Positions 37,320 through 47,195 are shown, counted from the stretch's first letter. The stretch: 64,000 bases of DNA from a virus (IMGVR_UViG_3300031521_000029:38171-102170), one strand, 5' to 3'. Notes: generated from the sequence alone by a model not told the origin. Program-made: numbers and translations.

Positions 37320-38070
37320 TTGTGGTAAAGAATTATTTTATAAAACGAAATGTGGGTTTGACAAGGCAAATAGTAATAATTCAAAATGTCATACTTGTTC
37401 TAGTTCAGGAGAAAACAATGGATTTTATGGCAAGAAACATTCTAAACAATTAAAATCAAAGTTCTCTAAAGAGAGAAAATCGTGGTATATTGGGAAAGAT
37501 AATCCAATGTATAAACAATCCGTTTATGATTTGTGGGTTAAAAAATATGGAAAAGATGTTGCCGATGAAAAACAGAAAATTGCCAATCACAAAAATAAAT
37601 TGTCCAATGATGGAGAAAACAATGGATTTTATGGCAAGAAACATTCTAAACAATTAAAATCAAATTTTTCTAAAAATAGAATAGGCAAAACCAATCCCAA
37701 TCATGGAAATAAACACACGGAAGAATGGAAAGAGAATCAAAGAAAACGAACAATTCAAAGAATTAAAGAGTTTACTCAAGGAAAAATAGGATTTAATCCT
37801 AATGCATGTAAATATTTAGATAGATTAAATGAAGAACGGGGATGGAACCTACAACACGCTTTAAATGGTGGAGAAGTTGAATGTATAGGTTATAGTTTAG
37901 ATGGATATGATAAAAAGAGAAATATTGTAGTAGAATATGATGAACCATTACATAATAAACCAACACAAAGAAAAAAAGATATACTACGAATGAATAGAAT
38001 TAAAAAATATTTACATTGTAAATTTTATAGATACAATGAAGAAACTAATGAGTTAAAAAAATATGAATGA
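37243..38070 (+). CDS. Homing endonuclease (Zn ribbon + NUMOD3 repeats + Vsr/EDxHD-like nuclease)
   Basis: CPSC...CHTC; GENNGFYGKKHS x2; FNPNAC...HALNGGE...LDGYD...VEYDEPLH. Confidence 0.8.
   Translation: MTNIVSELEKKNLKNITNEKKRNCPSCGKELFYKTKCGFDKANSNNSKCHTCSSSGENNGFYGKKHSKQLKSKFSKERKSWYIGKDNPMYKQSVYDLWVKKYGKDVADEKQKIANHKNKLSNDGENNGFYGKKHSKQLKSNFSKNRIGKTNPNHGNKHTEEWKENQRKRTIQRIKEFTQGKIGFNPNACKYLDRLNEERGWNLQHALNGGEVECIGYSLDGYDKKRNIVVEYDEPLHNKPTQRKKDILRMNRIKKYLHCKFYRYNEETNELKKYE
37408..37664 (+). repeat. Exact 53-bp duplication (37408-37460 and 37612-37664) encoding a NUMOD3 motif
   Basis: GGAGAAAACAATGGATTTTATGGCAAGAAACATTCTAAACAATTAAAATCAAA occurs twice. Confidence 0.92.
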
Positions 38071-38959
38071 ATCACCGATATCATACTGTATAGGAACGTG
38101 TAATAACCTTCCTTACTTAAAACTTGCAATAGATTCTGTTCGTAAATATTCACATTTTAAAAATTCTCCTATTATAATCTTTGCGGAAAATTGCGATAAA
38201 GATAATACCTATGAATGGTTAAATGAAAATAAAGAAAAATATAATTTAACAGTTATAATAGAAAATAACGAAAATCCAAAGGGTATAGGACAGTCGATGA
38301 ACGTTACGGCAAGTCAGGCCAAGACCGAATACATTTTATTTTTGCATAGTGATATGTTTATCAGTAAGAATTTAGATTTAGAATGTCTTAAAATATTTGA
38401 AAAATATCCCAATGAAAAACTTTGGGTTAATCCATTCCGGTTTCAGCCGAATTGTTTTAAAGAAAATGATAGACCAGGAACCAATTTTTTTAGTTACGAA
38501 CATTTTGGTTATAAAGCCGATGATTTTGATGAACCATTCTTTATTGATTACGCCGAAGAATTTTCTAAATTAAATCCAAATGTTGAAATACCAAAAGGCG
38601 AGGGTGTAAGTGGAATGATTCGTAAGTCGGATTGGGATAGTCTTGGAGGGTGTGACCCACAATTTATTGCTTATTATGATGATTCTGATATTTTTCTTAG
38701 GGCAAGATTGGCTGGTTATAAATTTATAATTACAACTAATACTGTGGCGTGGCATTTTGGTAGTAGGTCAGATAAAAGTAATTTTCCAACAGACGAAATA
38801 ATTCGGTCAGAGAAATCTAAACACTATGAAATGGAAAGTTCACAAAAATTTTACAAAAAGTGGGGATTTTTACCAATAAATGATAAATATGGATTCGTAG
38901 ATTTTCCACCAAATATTGATAAAACCAAATATGAACATTTAACCAGATTAAATGTATGA
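38063..38959 (+). CDS. GT2 glycosyltransferase
   Basis: NNLPYLKLA, FLHSDM, GGCDPQF, DDSD, WHFGS. Confidence 0.85.
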   Translation: MNESPISYCIGTCNNLPYLKLAIDSVRKYSHFKNSPIIIFAENCDKDNTYEWLNENKEKYNLTVIIENNENPKGIGQSMNVTASQAKTEYILFLHSDMFISKNLDLECLKIFEKYPNEKLWVNPFRFQPNCFKENDRPGTNFFSYEHFGYKADDFDEPFFIDYAEEFSKLNPNVEIPKGEGVSGMIRKSDWDSLGGCDPQFIAYYDDSDIFLRARLAGYKFIITTNTVAWHFGSRSDKSNFPTDEIIRSEKSKHYEMESSQKFYKKWGFLPINDKYGFVDFPPNIDKTKYEHLTRLNV

Positions 38960-39138
38960 AAAGTATCGATGAAATTACATATCAAAAATATTTAGATGAC
39001 CATTATTCTAAATTTATTAGAGTAATAGGCGATTGGAAAGTTCTTGATGTGTGTCCTATGAATTTTAATTTATTTTTATCACATAAAAAATTTGGATTAT
39101 TTAAAGAATTTTATGAAACAACTATCAGAACTAGCTAA
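38956..39138 (+). CDS. Small hypothetical protein
   Basis: 60 aa, overlapping both neighbours. Confidence 0.5.
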   Translation: MKSIDEITYQKYLDDHYSKFIRVIGDWKVLDVCPMNFNLFLSHKKFGLFKEFYETTIRTS

Positions 39139-39742
39139 AAACTTTAGTACAGACAAAGGCATCGGACTTCACGAGTATACGGAAGTTTATGATGACTATC
39201 TTTCAAAATTGAAAGACGATAAAATGAATTTTCTTGAAATCGGAGTCTTTACAGGAGAATCATTAAAACTATGGGAAGCATATCTTCCAAACTCCAACAT
39301 TATTGGACTGGATATCAATCCAGACTGCGCAAAGTATGCAGGCGGACGTAAAAAGGTCTACATCGGTTCACAAACAGATGACGTTCTCCTATACACTATT
39401 GCCAAAGAAAATGCGCCTATATCTGTCATTATTGATGACGGCAGTCATAACTGGGACCATCAAATAATTACATTTCGTGCATCATTTCCGTTATTGAAGC
39501 CAGGCGGCCTTTATTTCATAGAAGACCTCCACACATCATATGCTGGTAATTGGGCGGGTGGCACGCAAACTGGCGTCGATTTCCTCAAAGATTTGGTGGA
39601 TGATGTGATGTTGCATGGTAAAAGTTTCATGGGAACTCAAGAAATTGGAAATCAACCACTATCTTACATTGAACATCACATCGAATATATTCATTTCTAT
39701 AAAAGCCTCTGTGTCATAAAAAAACGTGAAATAGCTTTGTGA
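39113..39742 (+). CDS. Class I SAM methyltransferase (paralog of 29756..30355)
   Basis: TDKG, FLEIGV, IGSQTD, IIDDGSH, GGLYFIEDL; likely start MKQL at 39113. Confidence 0.85.
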   Translation: MKQLSELAKNFSTDKGIGLHEYTEVYDDYLSKLKDDKMNFLEIGVFTGESLKLWEAYLPNSNIIGLDINPDCAKYAGGRKKVYIGSQTDDVLLYTIAKENAPISVIIDDGSHNWDHQIITFRASFPLLKPGGLYFIEDLHTSYAGNWAGGTQTGVDFLKDLVDDVMLHGKSFMGTQEIGNQPLSYIEHHIEYIHFYKSLCVIKKREIAL

Positions 39743-40530
39743 TAACCTGTAAATTCATAGGCAAGTTGGGCAATCATATGTATCAGACTGCTGCGACGAT
39801 TAAACTCGCTGAACAGTTAAATACCGATTTTGTACTTCCTGCAAAGTCTCACGCAGGTCATTATGGTGACATATCTCCTGACTTCTCTGGATTTTCATAT
39901 CCATTCAAGTTTCAAGATGTTAATTTACCAAATAAATTCAATCAACCAACGTTTGGTTATACCCCAATCGAAGTAAAAGATGACTTAGAATTAAACGGAT
40001 TTTATCAAGCTCATCAATATTTCGATGACGTTCGAGATAAATTAATAAACAAATATTTCAAATTTAAAGATGAAATAATCAATTGGTCACACAAATATGA
40101 GATTACTGAAAACAGCGTCGGTATAAGTGTAAGACGTGGCGATTATCTTTGGCTACAACACAATCATTGTGTCTTATCATCTAAATATTATCAAGATGCT
40201 TTGAGTCAGATTACAGACGTCGATAAAATATTCTTTTTCAGTGATGATATTAAGTGGTGTCGTGAAAATACATTTCTTTCAGAAGATGATTCTGATATGG
40301 TGACTTTTGTAGAAGATGATAAGTGGGTTCAATTATACATGATGACCCAAATGAAACAGTTAATTTTATCAAATTCTACCTTTGCTTGGTGGGGTGGTTA
40401 TCTTAATACTAAAGCCACTAAAATTATTATTCCTGACCCTTGGTTTGGGCCGGCCAATGACCATCATGATTCAAGTGGATTGTATTGTCCAAATTGGATT
40501 AGACAAAAACATAACATTGTGATTGTATGA
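39739..40530 (+). CDS. GT11 alpha-1,2-fucosyltransferase-like
   Basis: GKLGNHMYQ, GFYQ, SVRRGDY, FSDDIKW, NSTFAWWG. Confidence 0.9.
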   Translation: MITCKFIGKLGNHMYQTAATIKLAEQLNTDFVLPAKSHAGHYGDISPDFSGFSYPFKFQDVNLPNKFNQPTFGYTPIEVKDDLELNGFYQAHQYFDDVRDKLINKYFKFKDEIINWSHKYEITENSVGISVRRGDYLWLQHNHCVLSSKYYQDALSQITDVDKIFFFSDDIKWCRENTFLSEDDSDMVTFVEDDKWVQLYMMTQMKQLILSNSTFAWWGGYLNTKATKIIIPDPWFGPANDHHDSSGLYCPNWIRQKHNIVIV

Positions 40531-41195
40531 AAGTAGCCATAATAATTCCAGGTCAACCACGAAATATTCAAGTAGCATATGATTCACTAAAGGAACATTA
40601 TTTGGATAAACATGATTGTGATTTCTTCATTCACACGTGGTTTGATAAAAAATTCCCATCCGAAACCTACGGGAAAATGATTGACTTATTCAAACCAAAA
40701 AAGATATTAATAGAAGACCAAATCATATTTGATAGTGAAGGAAGAAAACAAGAACCTTGGAATACTCCGTTACAAAATCTATTGTCGATGTATTATTCTA
40801 TGTTCATGGGCAATCAATTGAAATGTAAATACGAAGAAGAAAAGAATTTCAAATATGACTTCGTTATAAAAATGAGAAGCGATTTAAAAATTCACAGACC
40901 TATCCCACTCGACCAAATAGAGCCAAACAAATTAGCGCTTTACAAATGGACTCAATTAGGTTACACTGGCAGTTCAGATGTTTTTGCGGTTGGGTCGTCA
41001 AAAATCATGGATATATATTCATGGTTGTATAATAGAGTAATGTATTATTTAGATGAAGACCCTACGTGGAATATTAATGAACCAAAAATGAGGGCTGAAT
41101 ATATTCTCCACCATCATTTGAATACGAACGATGTTCCTGTTCAAATCTTTTGGCATGGTGACCAGACCGACCCAAGTTTCCATTTAATTAGATGA
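40527..41195 (+). CDS. Putative glycosyltransferase-like glycan-locus protein
   Basis: KVAIIIPGQPR, DFFIHTW, SMYYS, YDFVIKMRSD, SDVFAVG. Confidence 0.6.
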   Translation: MKVAIIIPGQPRNIQVAYDSLKEHYLDKHDCDFFIHTWFDKKFPSETYGKMIDLFKPKKILIEDQIIFDSEGRKQEPWNTPLQNLLSMYYSMFMGNQLKCKYEEEKNFKYDFVIKMRSDLKIHRPIPLDQIEPNKLALYKWTQLGYTGSSDVFAVGSSKIMDIYSWLYNRVMYYLDEDPTWNINEPKMRAEYILHHHLNTNDVPVQIFWHGDQTDPSFHLIR

Positions 41196-42127
41196 AAACT
41201 CGTATTATAATTCATGTATTGCCTTTCGAGATTGATAGGTTTGAGCATCAAATGTTTGAGCTTAAAAAGAACTTTGCATTTCTAACAGAAGATGACGTTG
41301 TGGATTTTGATGTTACATTAAATGTCAATAATCTACTTACCGATTGGGATAATAGTCTACTTCCTCAACGTTATTTTATAGATAGATATTATGAAATAGC
41401 ATTAGGTCTATTTCAAAAAGAAAAAATGAGCTTTAACATCAGCGCCAATAACGAATGTTTAGGAGTGGATGATAAAAGACGACAGGCAATAAGAAAACAC
41501 GCCTCCACTTGTGACAATTTCTTATATCTGGACAATGATATGTTCTATCCTAATACAACATTGAAATATATGTTGGACGCGGCTAAATCTATAAAAAATC
41601 AATATTATATTCTATCCCCCCAATTGCCTAAACTGTGGGAACCAAGTTGGGATGTATTAGTGAATGAAAATTACATCAATAAACCATTTGAAGATTCTAC
41701 GTGTGAAAAATATACTACTGACCAATTTGAAGTATTTACAAGAGATTATGGTGATATTGAAGTAGTTCCTATTAATACATTCAAAATGGGTGGCGGGTGG
41801 TTTAATTTAATATCATCCAATCTTCTGGCATATACAGACATTCCTGATTCATTCGGCCCTTATGGTCTTGATGATACATTTGTTATAGATGCCTGTAAGA
41901 TTATGAAAAGTCTTAATATGGATGTTCAACAGTATGTATTAAAGAATCTTGTAGTTACACAGAGTTATCAATATGAGTTACATCATGTCTATAAGAATTA
42001 CCTAAAATTTAATATAAAACAAAAACAGATTTTTGCCGCCAATGCTCAGAAATCATACCAAGACGAAATAAACAAATTTTCAGAAAGATGTAAACATGAT
42101 ATCATTCATAATTCCAACAAGAAATAA
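41192..42127 (+). CDS. GT-A-fold putative glycosyltransferase
   Basis: FLYLDNDM (DxD), FGPYGLDD. Confidence 0.55.
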   Translation: MKTRIIIHVLPFEIDRFEHQMFELKKNFAFLTEDDVVDFDVTLNVNNLLTDWDNSLLPQRYFIDRYYEIALGLFQKEKMSFNISANNECLGVDDKRRQAIRKHASTCDNFLYLDNDMFYPNTTLKYMLDAAKSIKNQYYILSPQLPKLWEPSWDVLVNENYINKPFEDSTCEKYTTDQFEVFTRDYGDIEVVPINTFKMGGGWFNLISSNLLAYTDIPDSFGPYGLDDTFVIDACKIMKSLNMDVQQYVLKNLVVTQSYQYELHHVYKNYLKFNIKQKQIFAANAQKSYQDEINKFSERCKHDIIHNSNKK

Positions 42128-43352
42128 TCTCCCATACCTTAAATTGGCATATGGCAGCATTCGTAAATTCTATCCCACCGAAGAAATAATCATCCTTGAT
42201 GATAATTCTACAGACGGAACAAAAAGCTGGTTGACAGAGTTGGTAAAAGCCGACTTAAACGTAATTCAATTTACACATGAAGGAAAGCAAGTTGGCCATA
42301 CAGTCCTATATGACATTGGAATAGGCATTGCTCATAACGATGTATTCACCATCTTCCACGCGGATATGGTGTGCGGCCCCAACTATGTTGAAAACATAAT
42401 GAAGTGGTTGAAACCGTTTGGTGTAGTTGCCGCAACAAGAATTGAACCACCACTACATCCGCCAGGAAAAGAAAAAATTGTAAAAGATTTTGGAACATAT
42501 TCAAACGATTTTAAGAAACAGGAATTTTATGATTATTGCAAAGAACTTCAAGAAAAGCCTGAAAACAATGGTGTCATTACGAGAGGCATCTTCGCACCTT
42601 GGGCAATGTACAAAGCCGACTTCCAATCCATCGGTGGACATGATAAGCTTTTTGCGCCGTTTCCATACGAAGACAGTGATATCTTTCAAAGAATGATTTT
42701 GAAAGGATTCGAAATTAACCAGAGTCGTGATGCTTTCGTATATCACTTTACGTGTAGAGGCCACAGATGGACACAGGAAGTTCAAAAGGATGACATATTC
42801 TATAAACTATGTTGCGCAAAAAACATGTCGCATTATCTTCGTAAGTGGGGGTCTTGGATTGAAAACGACGAAAATTGTTATCCTATAATCAATAACAAAT
42901 ATGATGTTGGATTTGTTGTAAATAATTGTACACCAAACCTATTGGGCATGTTAGAACCTTGGTGTACAACTTTATATACGGACTTAGATGTAAAAAGTTT
43001 TATTGACCACTTACAACCTGGAACACCATTTGATATGTCGAAACGTGTTAAAAAATTGACAGACGAAAAAACAAATGAAATTTTGTTGACGTTTGACTCT
43101 AAAAAATTAACACCAGAAAATTTCAGAATTATAACCAGCTTTTCAAAAATCATAAAAGATAGTGGCGCCATAGGAACGTTCGAATATGATATCTTTTCTA
43201 TCGAAATAAGAGGAATGTCCACGTTTCAAGATAAACTGATTAATAACGATAATGAATACTATACCAACCAACTAAGAGAAATATCTAATGATGATGTTTA
43301 TTGTACAAACACATTATTTGAAATTTATGAAAAGGTAAGAGCATCAGTTTAA
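42096..43352 (+). CDS. GT2 glycosyltransferase (paralog of 38063..38959)
   Basis: ISFIIPTRNNLPYLKLA, LDDNSTDGT, FHADM, GGHD, EDSD, YHFT. Confidence 0.9.
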   Translation: MISFIIPTRNNLPYLKLAYGSIRKFYPTEEIIILDDNSTDGTKSWLTELVKADLNVIQFTHEGKQVGHTVLYDIGIGIAHNDVFTIFHADMVCGPNYVENIMKWLKPFGVVAATRIEPPLHPPGKEKIVKDFGTYSNDFKKQEFYDYCKELQEKPENNGVITRGIFAPWAMYKADFQSIGGHDKLFAPFPYEDSDIFQRMILKGFEINQSRDAFVYHFTCRGHRWTQEVQKDDIFYKLCCAKNMSHYLRKWGSWIENDENCYPIINNKYDVGFVVNNCTPNLLGMLEPWCTTLYTDLDVKSFIDHLQPGTPFDMSKRVKKLTDEKTNEILLTFDSKKLTPENFRIITSFSKIIKDSGAIGTFEYDIFSIEIRGMSTFQDKLINNDNEYYTNQLREISNDDVYCTNTLFEIYEKVRASV

Positions 43353-43364
43353 CTATTTATTAGT

Positions 43365-43727
43365 ATGGAAGTTTTAATATTATCAAACCTTGTAGCTCTA
43401 ATTCTACTAATCTGGCTAAAATCAGATGCGATAGTAGAATGGGGAACTTTGTTTGGACTGTCAAAACTTCTAATGATAGATGAGTTCTATAGAATGAGGA
43501 CAGAGGAAACGAATCTTGGTATAAATTATCCAACGTTTTTAAAAATTAAATATAACAATTTTATTGTAAATTTGTTATCATGTCCATTATGTTTATCTGT
43601 ATGGTTGTCTTCATTTATATCATTTGTTTTATTATTCTTGGGTATTGATATTATATTACTTATTCCAACAATAACAGTATTATCGTTAATAACTTATGGA
43701 ATAATTACCATACTACTAAAACTATAA
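43365..43727 (+). CDS. Membrane protein with CPLC motif (DUF1360-like)
   Basis: Three hydrophobic segments, LLSCPLCLSVW; late-type motif upstream. Confidence 0.6.
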   Translation: MEVLILSNLVALILLIWLKSDAIVEWGTLFGLSKLLMIDEFYRMRTEETNLGINYPTFLKIKYNNFIVNLLSCPLCLSVWLSSFISFVLLFLGIDIILLIPTITVLSLITYGIITILLKL

Positions 43728-44014
43728 TGAATTTTAATTCTCCAAATGACTGTTACCATTTCTTGGTTGGGAATGGATTGGTTGGACTATGTCCTGAATC
43801 GCAGAATCTTATATCATGTATGGATATACTTTCTCGTATGTGTTCGTGTGACCCAGCCGAAGCAAAGCAAACAAGATTCAATCAATGCAAGCAAAATTAC
43901 ATTTCGTTTGCAGGTAGGTCACAAAACTTCGCAGCTCAATTATTATCAAAAGCTAATGATAATAGAATTAATTTTTATCTGAACAATCAATTGTTAGCAA
44001 CTATTGTAAGATAA
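43727..44014 (+). CDS. Small Cys-containing hypothetical protein
   Basis: 95 aa, TAATG overlap with the preceding gene. Confidence 0.6.
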   Translation: MNFNSPNDCYHFLVGNGLVGLCPESQNLISCMDILSRMCSCDPAEAKQTRFNQCKQNYISFAGRSQNFAAQLLSKANDNRINFYLNNQLLATIVR

Positions 44015-44881
44015 TCATTCTATCCAATTTTTTAAAGAAGATTCTACAGAGTCGTATACAGACGACATATAAATTCCTACACTGGACAATTTTTCAGAAT
44101 TTAACACCGTATTTGACCGTGGTATTTTTGTAAGTTTGTTTAACGTTTCCAATGACTCAAAATATTGAAAGTCTTTGTCTTTATCAATGTATTTTCGAAC
44201 CATTACAGCAATTTCATCGGTTCTTATTCCACCAGGATTTGTAACATGGTAAGTCCCAAAAGGAACTCCATCATAAAGACAACGAATACATGCCGACACC
44301 GATTCTATTCGATTGGATAGTGAATTTTCAGCAACAATCAATCTATCGAACTTCATTAGTTTTGTAAGGTAGTTTCTTGGATTATTAAAACAGTCAAATG
44401 GAAGACGTATCCTCCAAACGTACTTTTTATCAAGATTTAACAAAGCCTCTTCGGCCATGACTTTTGTACCTGTGTAAAAACTACAATCAGTTTTAAAACT
44501 CAATCCTACAACATCATCTTCTTTGTAACCACCAAACGTATATCCGTTATACACACAAGCGGATGACATATGACCCAAAATTATATTGTTATCTTCACAA
44601 ATTTGTCCAAGCATGGTAGGAAACATTACATTTGCCAAAATTGTTATGTCTTTATTTTTTTCACAGTCAGCCACGGAATTTATTCCAATATATGCTGAAC
44701 AATTTACGATTGCATCTAACTTACCAAACGAATCAATTACAGCTTTTAACTCTTTATAATTGTAGTAATTACCGTCAGCTTTTCTTGATGACGCAACATA
44801 TACAGTTTCACCAATTCGACTTAGTTGATTGATAAACTCAGAACCAATATACCCTTTACTTCCAAATAATAAAATTTTCAT
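44015..44881 (-). CDS. RmlD/NRS-ER-like NDP-4-keto-6-deoxysugar (epimerase-)reductase
   Basis: GSKGYIG, VADCE, SSACVY, SFYTGTK (YxxxK), RIRLP, RNYLTKL, PRSNTVL. Confidence 0.85.
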   Translation of the reverse strand: MKILLFGSKGYIGSEFINQLSRIGETVYVASSRKADGNYYNYKELKAVIDSFGKLDAIVNCSAYIGINSVADCEKNKDITILANVMFPTMLGQICEDNNIILGHMSSACVYNGYTFGGYKEDDVVGLSFKTDCSFYTGTKVMAEEALLNLDKKYVWRIRLPFDCFNNPRNYLTKLMKFDRLIVAENSLSNRIESVSACIRCLYDGVPFGTYHVTNPGGIRTDEIAVMVRKYIDKDKDFQYFESLETLNKLTKIPRSNTVLNSEKLSSVGIYMSSVYDSVESSLKNWIE

Positions 44882-45630
44882 TGTAATAATTTCTCTTTCC
44901 AGTCTTTTACCAACGGTTTGACAAACATTAACTTCTTTGCCACTTTAGTTACATTATAACCAGATTCAGTATGACCCCCTAAGTAACCGGCATATTGTTT
45001 TAAACACTCTTTTGGATTCTCCCTGGCCAATCTACCTCTTTCGCCCTTTTCCTTCGCCCACATCTTCATGGGAGTTTTTCTAATATGATGTCCTTGAGTT
45101 TCGCCTATCATCATCCAATTGTCGGCTAAGTAACAACTTCCGTTTCTCAACTTTTGTTCTTTATAATCTTCATTACGTTCAGGTTGAACAAACGTCTCTA
45201 AAAGAATCAAATCATCTCCATACTTAGATTTCCATCTTTTTGACCCTTCAATTCTTAACTGTTTTAATGTTGACGATGCAGCATTTTTAATTGTTATATT
45301 AGGTGTGGCAAGACAAAATCTCGAATTGTTTGCCAAATGACATAGATTTTTTATTTTAGTGTTATTATCCCATCCAATAAACGCATCTCTAACACCAACT
45401 CCTATGGTAGCAGATGATAAACCTACTGCTCCGATATGAATTCCACTTTCAGTCTCATACACCAACCATCTGATATTTCGTGTTGGCGAGTCTTTATACT
45501 TAACATAACTGTGATATTTATCAATAGTATCTCTGAATATTTTGTTTTGTTCAGGAGTGTTACACTCCACCAAATATACTGGCGAACGATGCTTTACTTG
45601 ATAGTCAAAAAAGGACACTTGGTTAGACAT
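44878..45630 (-). CDS. DUF4338/DruA-like GNAT-fold protein
   Basis: IDKYHSY, RDAFIGW, ANNSRF, WKSKYG, LETFV, GSCYLADNW..IGETQG. Confidence 0.8.
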   Translation of the reverse strand: MSNQVSFFDYQVKHRSPVYLVECNTPEQNKIFRDTIDKYHSYVKYKDSPTRNIRWLVYETESGIHIGAVGLSSATIGVGVRDAFIGWDNNTKIKNLCHLANNSRFCLATPNITIKNAASSTLKQLRIEGSKRWKSKYGDDLILLETFVQPERNEDYKEQKLRNGSCYLADNWMMIGETQGHHIRKTPMKMWAKEKGERGRLARENPKECLKQYAGYLGGHTESGYNVTKVAKKLMFVKPLVKDWKEKLLQ

Positions 45631-46310
45631 AACTTAATCTCTTCATTGAGATAAGTATTGTCCAACAAGGAGTCGGTAGTAATTTTAATACCGTTTACTC
45701 GTTGTTCTCTTTCTATCACATTTTCAAGTTCTAACCTATAATCGGATTCTTTTTCACATATTGGGTCGTTCTTAGCTTCTTCATCGTTTGGCGCTTCATC
45801 AAATTGCTTCCACTCTCTATATCCAGTCTCTTTTCCAGTACAAGAATCGTATTGAATTCCACTATTGACACTATATTTCTTCAAATGAACGAACCAACCA
45901 CTCCATCTTAATTTTTGCCAATCATGAACCCAACTAACTTCATTTGGAAATCTACAGTCGCTGATAAATATTACGTGTTTAGAAACATCACAAACACTAA
46001 CAATTCTTTGTATCTGTTCTTCTACTTTGTCTACCCAATAAATTCCATTTGTTTGAATTCTTTTTTGACATCCATGGGCTACTAACAAAGGACGTATTAA
46101 CTTTTTTTCAGAAGAGTCGTCAGTCCACACATCAACACCATAATATTGTTTTAGAAATGGGCCTATTTCAATTTTTAATACGTCAGCAAATGCTAATTTT
46201 TCAGAAGTGTATCCATTTTCAGAAAGAATTTTTCTTGCCACTTTAACAAAGGTATCTTTGCCACTACGTGCAAATCCTCCGACGCCTATTACTATTGGGT
46301 TATTCTTCAT
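45594..46310 (-). CDS. Deoxynucleoside monophosphate kinase (T4 gp1-like)
   Basis: IGVGGFARSGKDT, AFADVLK, RPLL, ISDCRFPNE. Confidence 0.85.
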   Translation of the reverse strand: MKNNPIVIGVGGFARSGKDTFVKVARKILSENGYTSEKLAFADVLKIEIGPFLKQYYGVDVWTDDSSEKKLIRPLLVAHGCQKRIQTNGIYWVDKVEEQIQRIVSVCDVSKHVIFISDCRFPNEVSWVHDWQKLRWSGWFVHLKKYSVNSGIQYDSCTGKETGYREWKQFDEAPNDEEAKNDPICEKESDYRLELENVIEREQRVNGIKITTDSLLDNTYLNEEIKLCLTKCPFLTIK

Positions 46311-46842
46311 TATAATTATCTTTTAGAGCCGACTCAACCTCTTTATCCGTCAATCCATAATTTCTACAGAAATTTTCCAACTCTTTTATTCCATTTTTTT
46401 TATTTAAAAGTAACAAAGCATAATCTTTTGCTTCTGATTTTGATATCTCGAAATATTTAGCAATCAATTCAATTATGGTTTCGTTAACAGGACTTTTAGT
46501 TACCTTTACCCAAGGATAAAAATGTCTGTCTGGCTGAATTAATCCAATAAGAAGTTGATAAAATTGTGGGGATGGAATCTTATCAAAATATTTAAATAAA
46601 TCTGAAATATCAGAGAGTATTGTAGGATTCATACTTAAAGCCTTCAATATCATGAAATGATTAAAAGACTTTTTATCCAATTCTGTTAGATTTTTAAAAT
46701 AGTCAGGGTCTTGAACCGTTCGAATGTGTTTTATATGGTCAAACAATCCAATTCCCTTTATCGTACCTTCTTCCTTTTTCTTCCTACCTTTACGTTTGAT
46801 TTCGGTTGTCGATTCGGTATTGGATTTTGGCGTTTTTATCAT
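46300..46842 (-). CDS. Clamp loader small subunit (T4 gp62-like)
   Basis: LFDHI...FNHFMILKALSM...QFYQLL...FYPWVK...IAKYFEISKSEAKDY. Confidence 0.7.
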   Translation of the reverse strand: MIKTPKSNTESTTEIKRKGRKKKEEGTIKGIGLFDHIKHIRTVQDPDYFKNLTELDKKSFNHFMILKALSMNPTILSDISDLFKYFDKIPSPQFYQLLIGLIQPDRHFYPWVKVTKSPVNETIIELIAKYFEISKSEAKDYALLLLNKKNGIKELENFCRNYGLTDKEVESALKDNYNEE

Positions 46843-47104
46843 ACTTTCTTATAATTCGATGTAATTCTTTAAATGAGGATGATATCAAAACTTGATTCTT
46901 ATGTAAAGAATTTATATCGTTAGTAAGTTTCTTATTCGCCTGTTCCAATTCATCTATTTTATCTGTATGTTGGTGAATCAACCAACCAGAAAAAACTGTC
47001 CATAAAGTAACTAATATAAATACTATGACACTAAATATTATCATCGGTTTCAATTGGTTCCACATCAGTTTGTGGCGAATGTGTCTTCGGATGTACGTAT
47101 CCAT
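46790..47104 (-). CDS. Membrane-anchored coiled-coil protein
   Basis: TM segment IIFSVIVFILVTLWTVFSGWLI followed by heptad region. Confidence 0.6.
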   Translation of the reverse strand: MDTYIRRHIRHKLMWNQLKPMIIFSVIVFILVTLWTVFSGWLIHQHTDKIDELEQANKKLTNDINSLHKNQVLISSSFKELHRIIRKYDKNAKIQYRIDNRNQT

Positions 47105-47195
47105 CCTTGACTTCTTTAAATTTTTTACTATTACGGAAGTTCTGGTCTCTACGGTCTTTCTTCCACCTATCGTTTTTTCTGAATGTACGTCCCAT
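47031..47195 (-). CDS. Small basic protein
   Basis: Likely start MGRTFRKNDRWKK at 47195, immediately after the upstream stop. Confidence 0.55.
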   Translation of the reverse strand: MGRTFRKNDRWKKDRRDQNFRNSKKFKEVKDGYVHPKTHSPQTDVEPIETDDNI

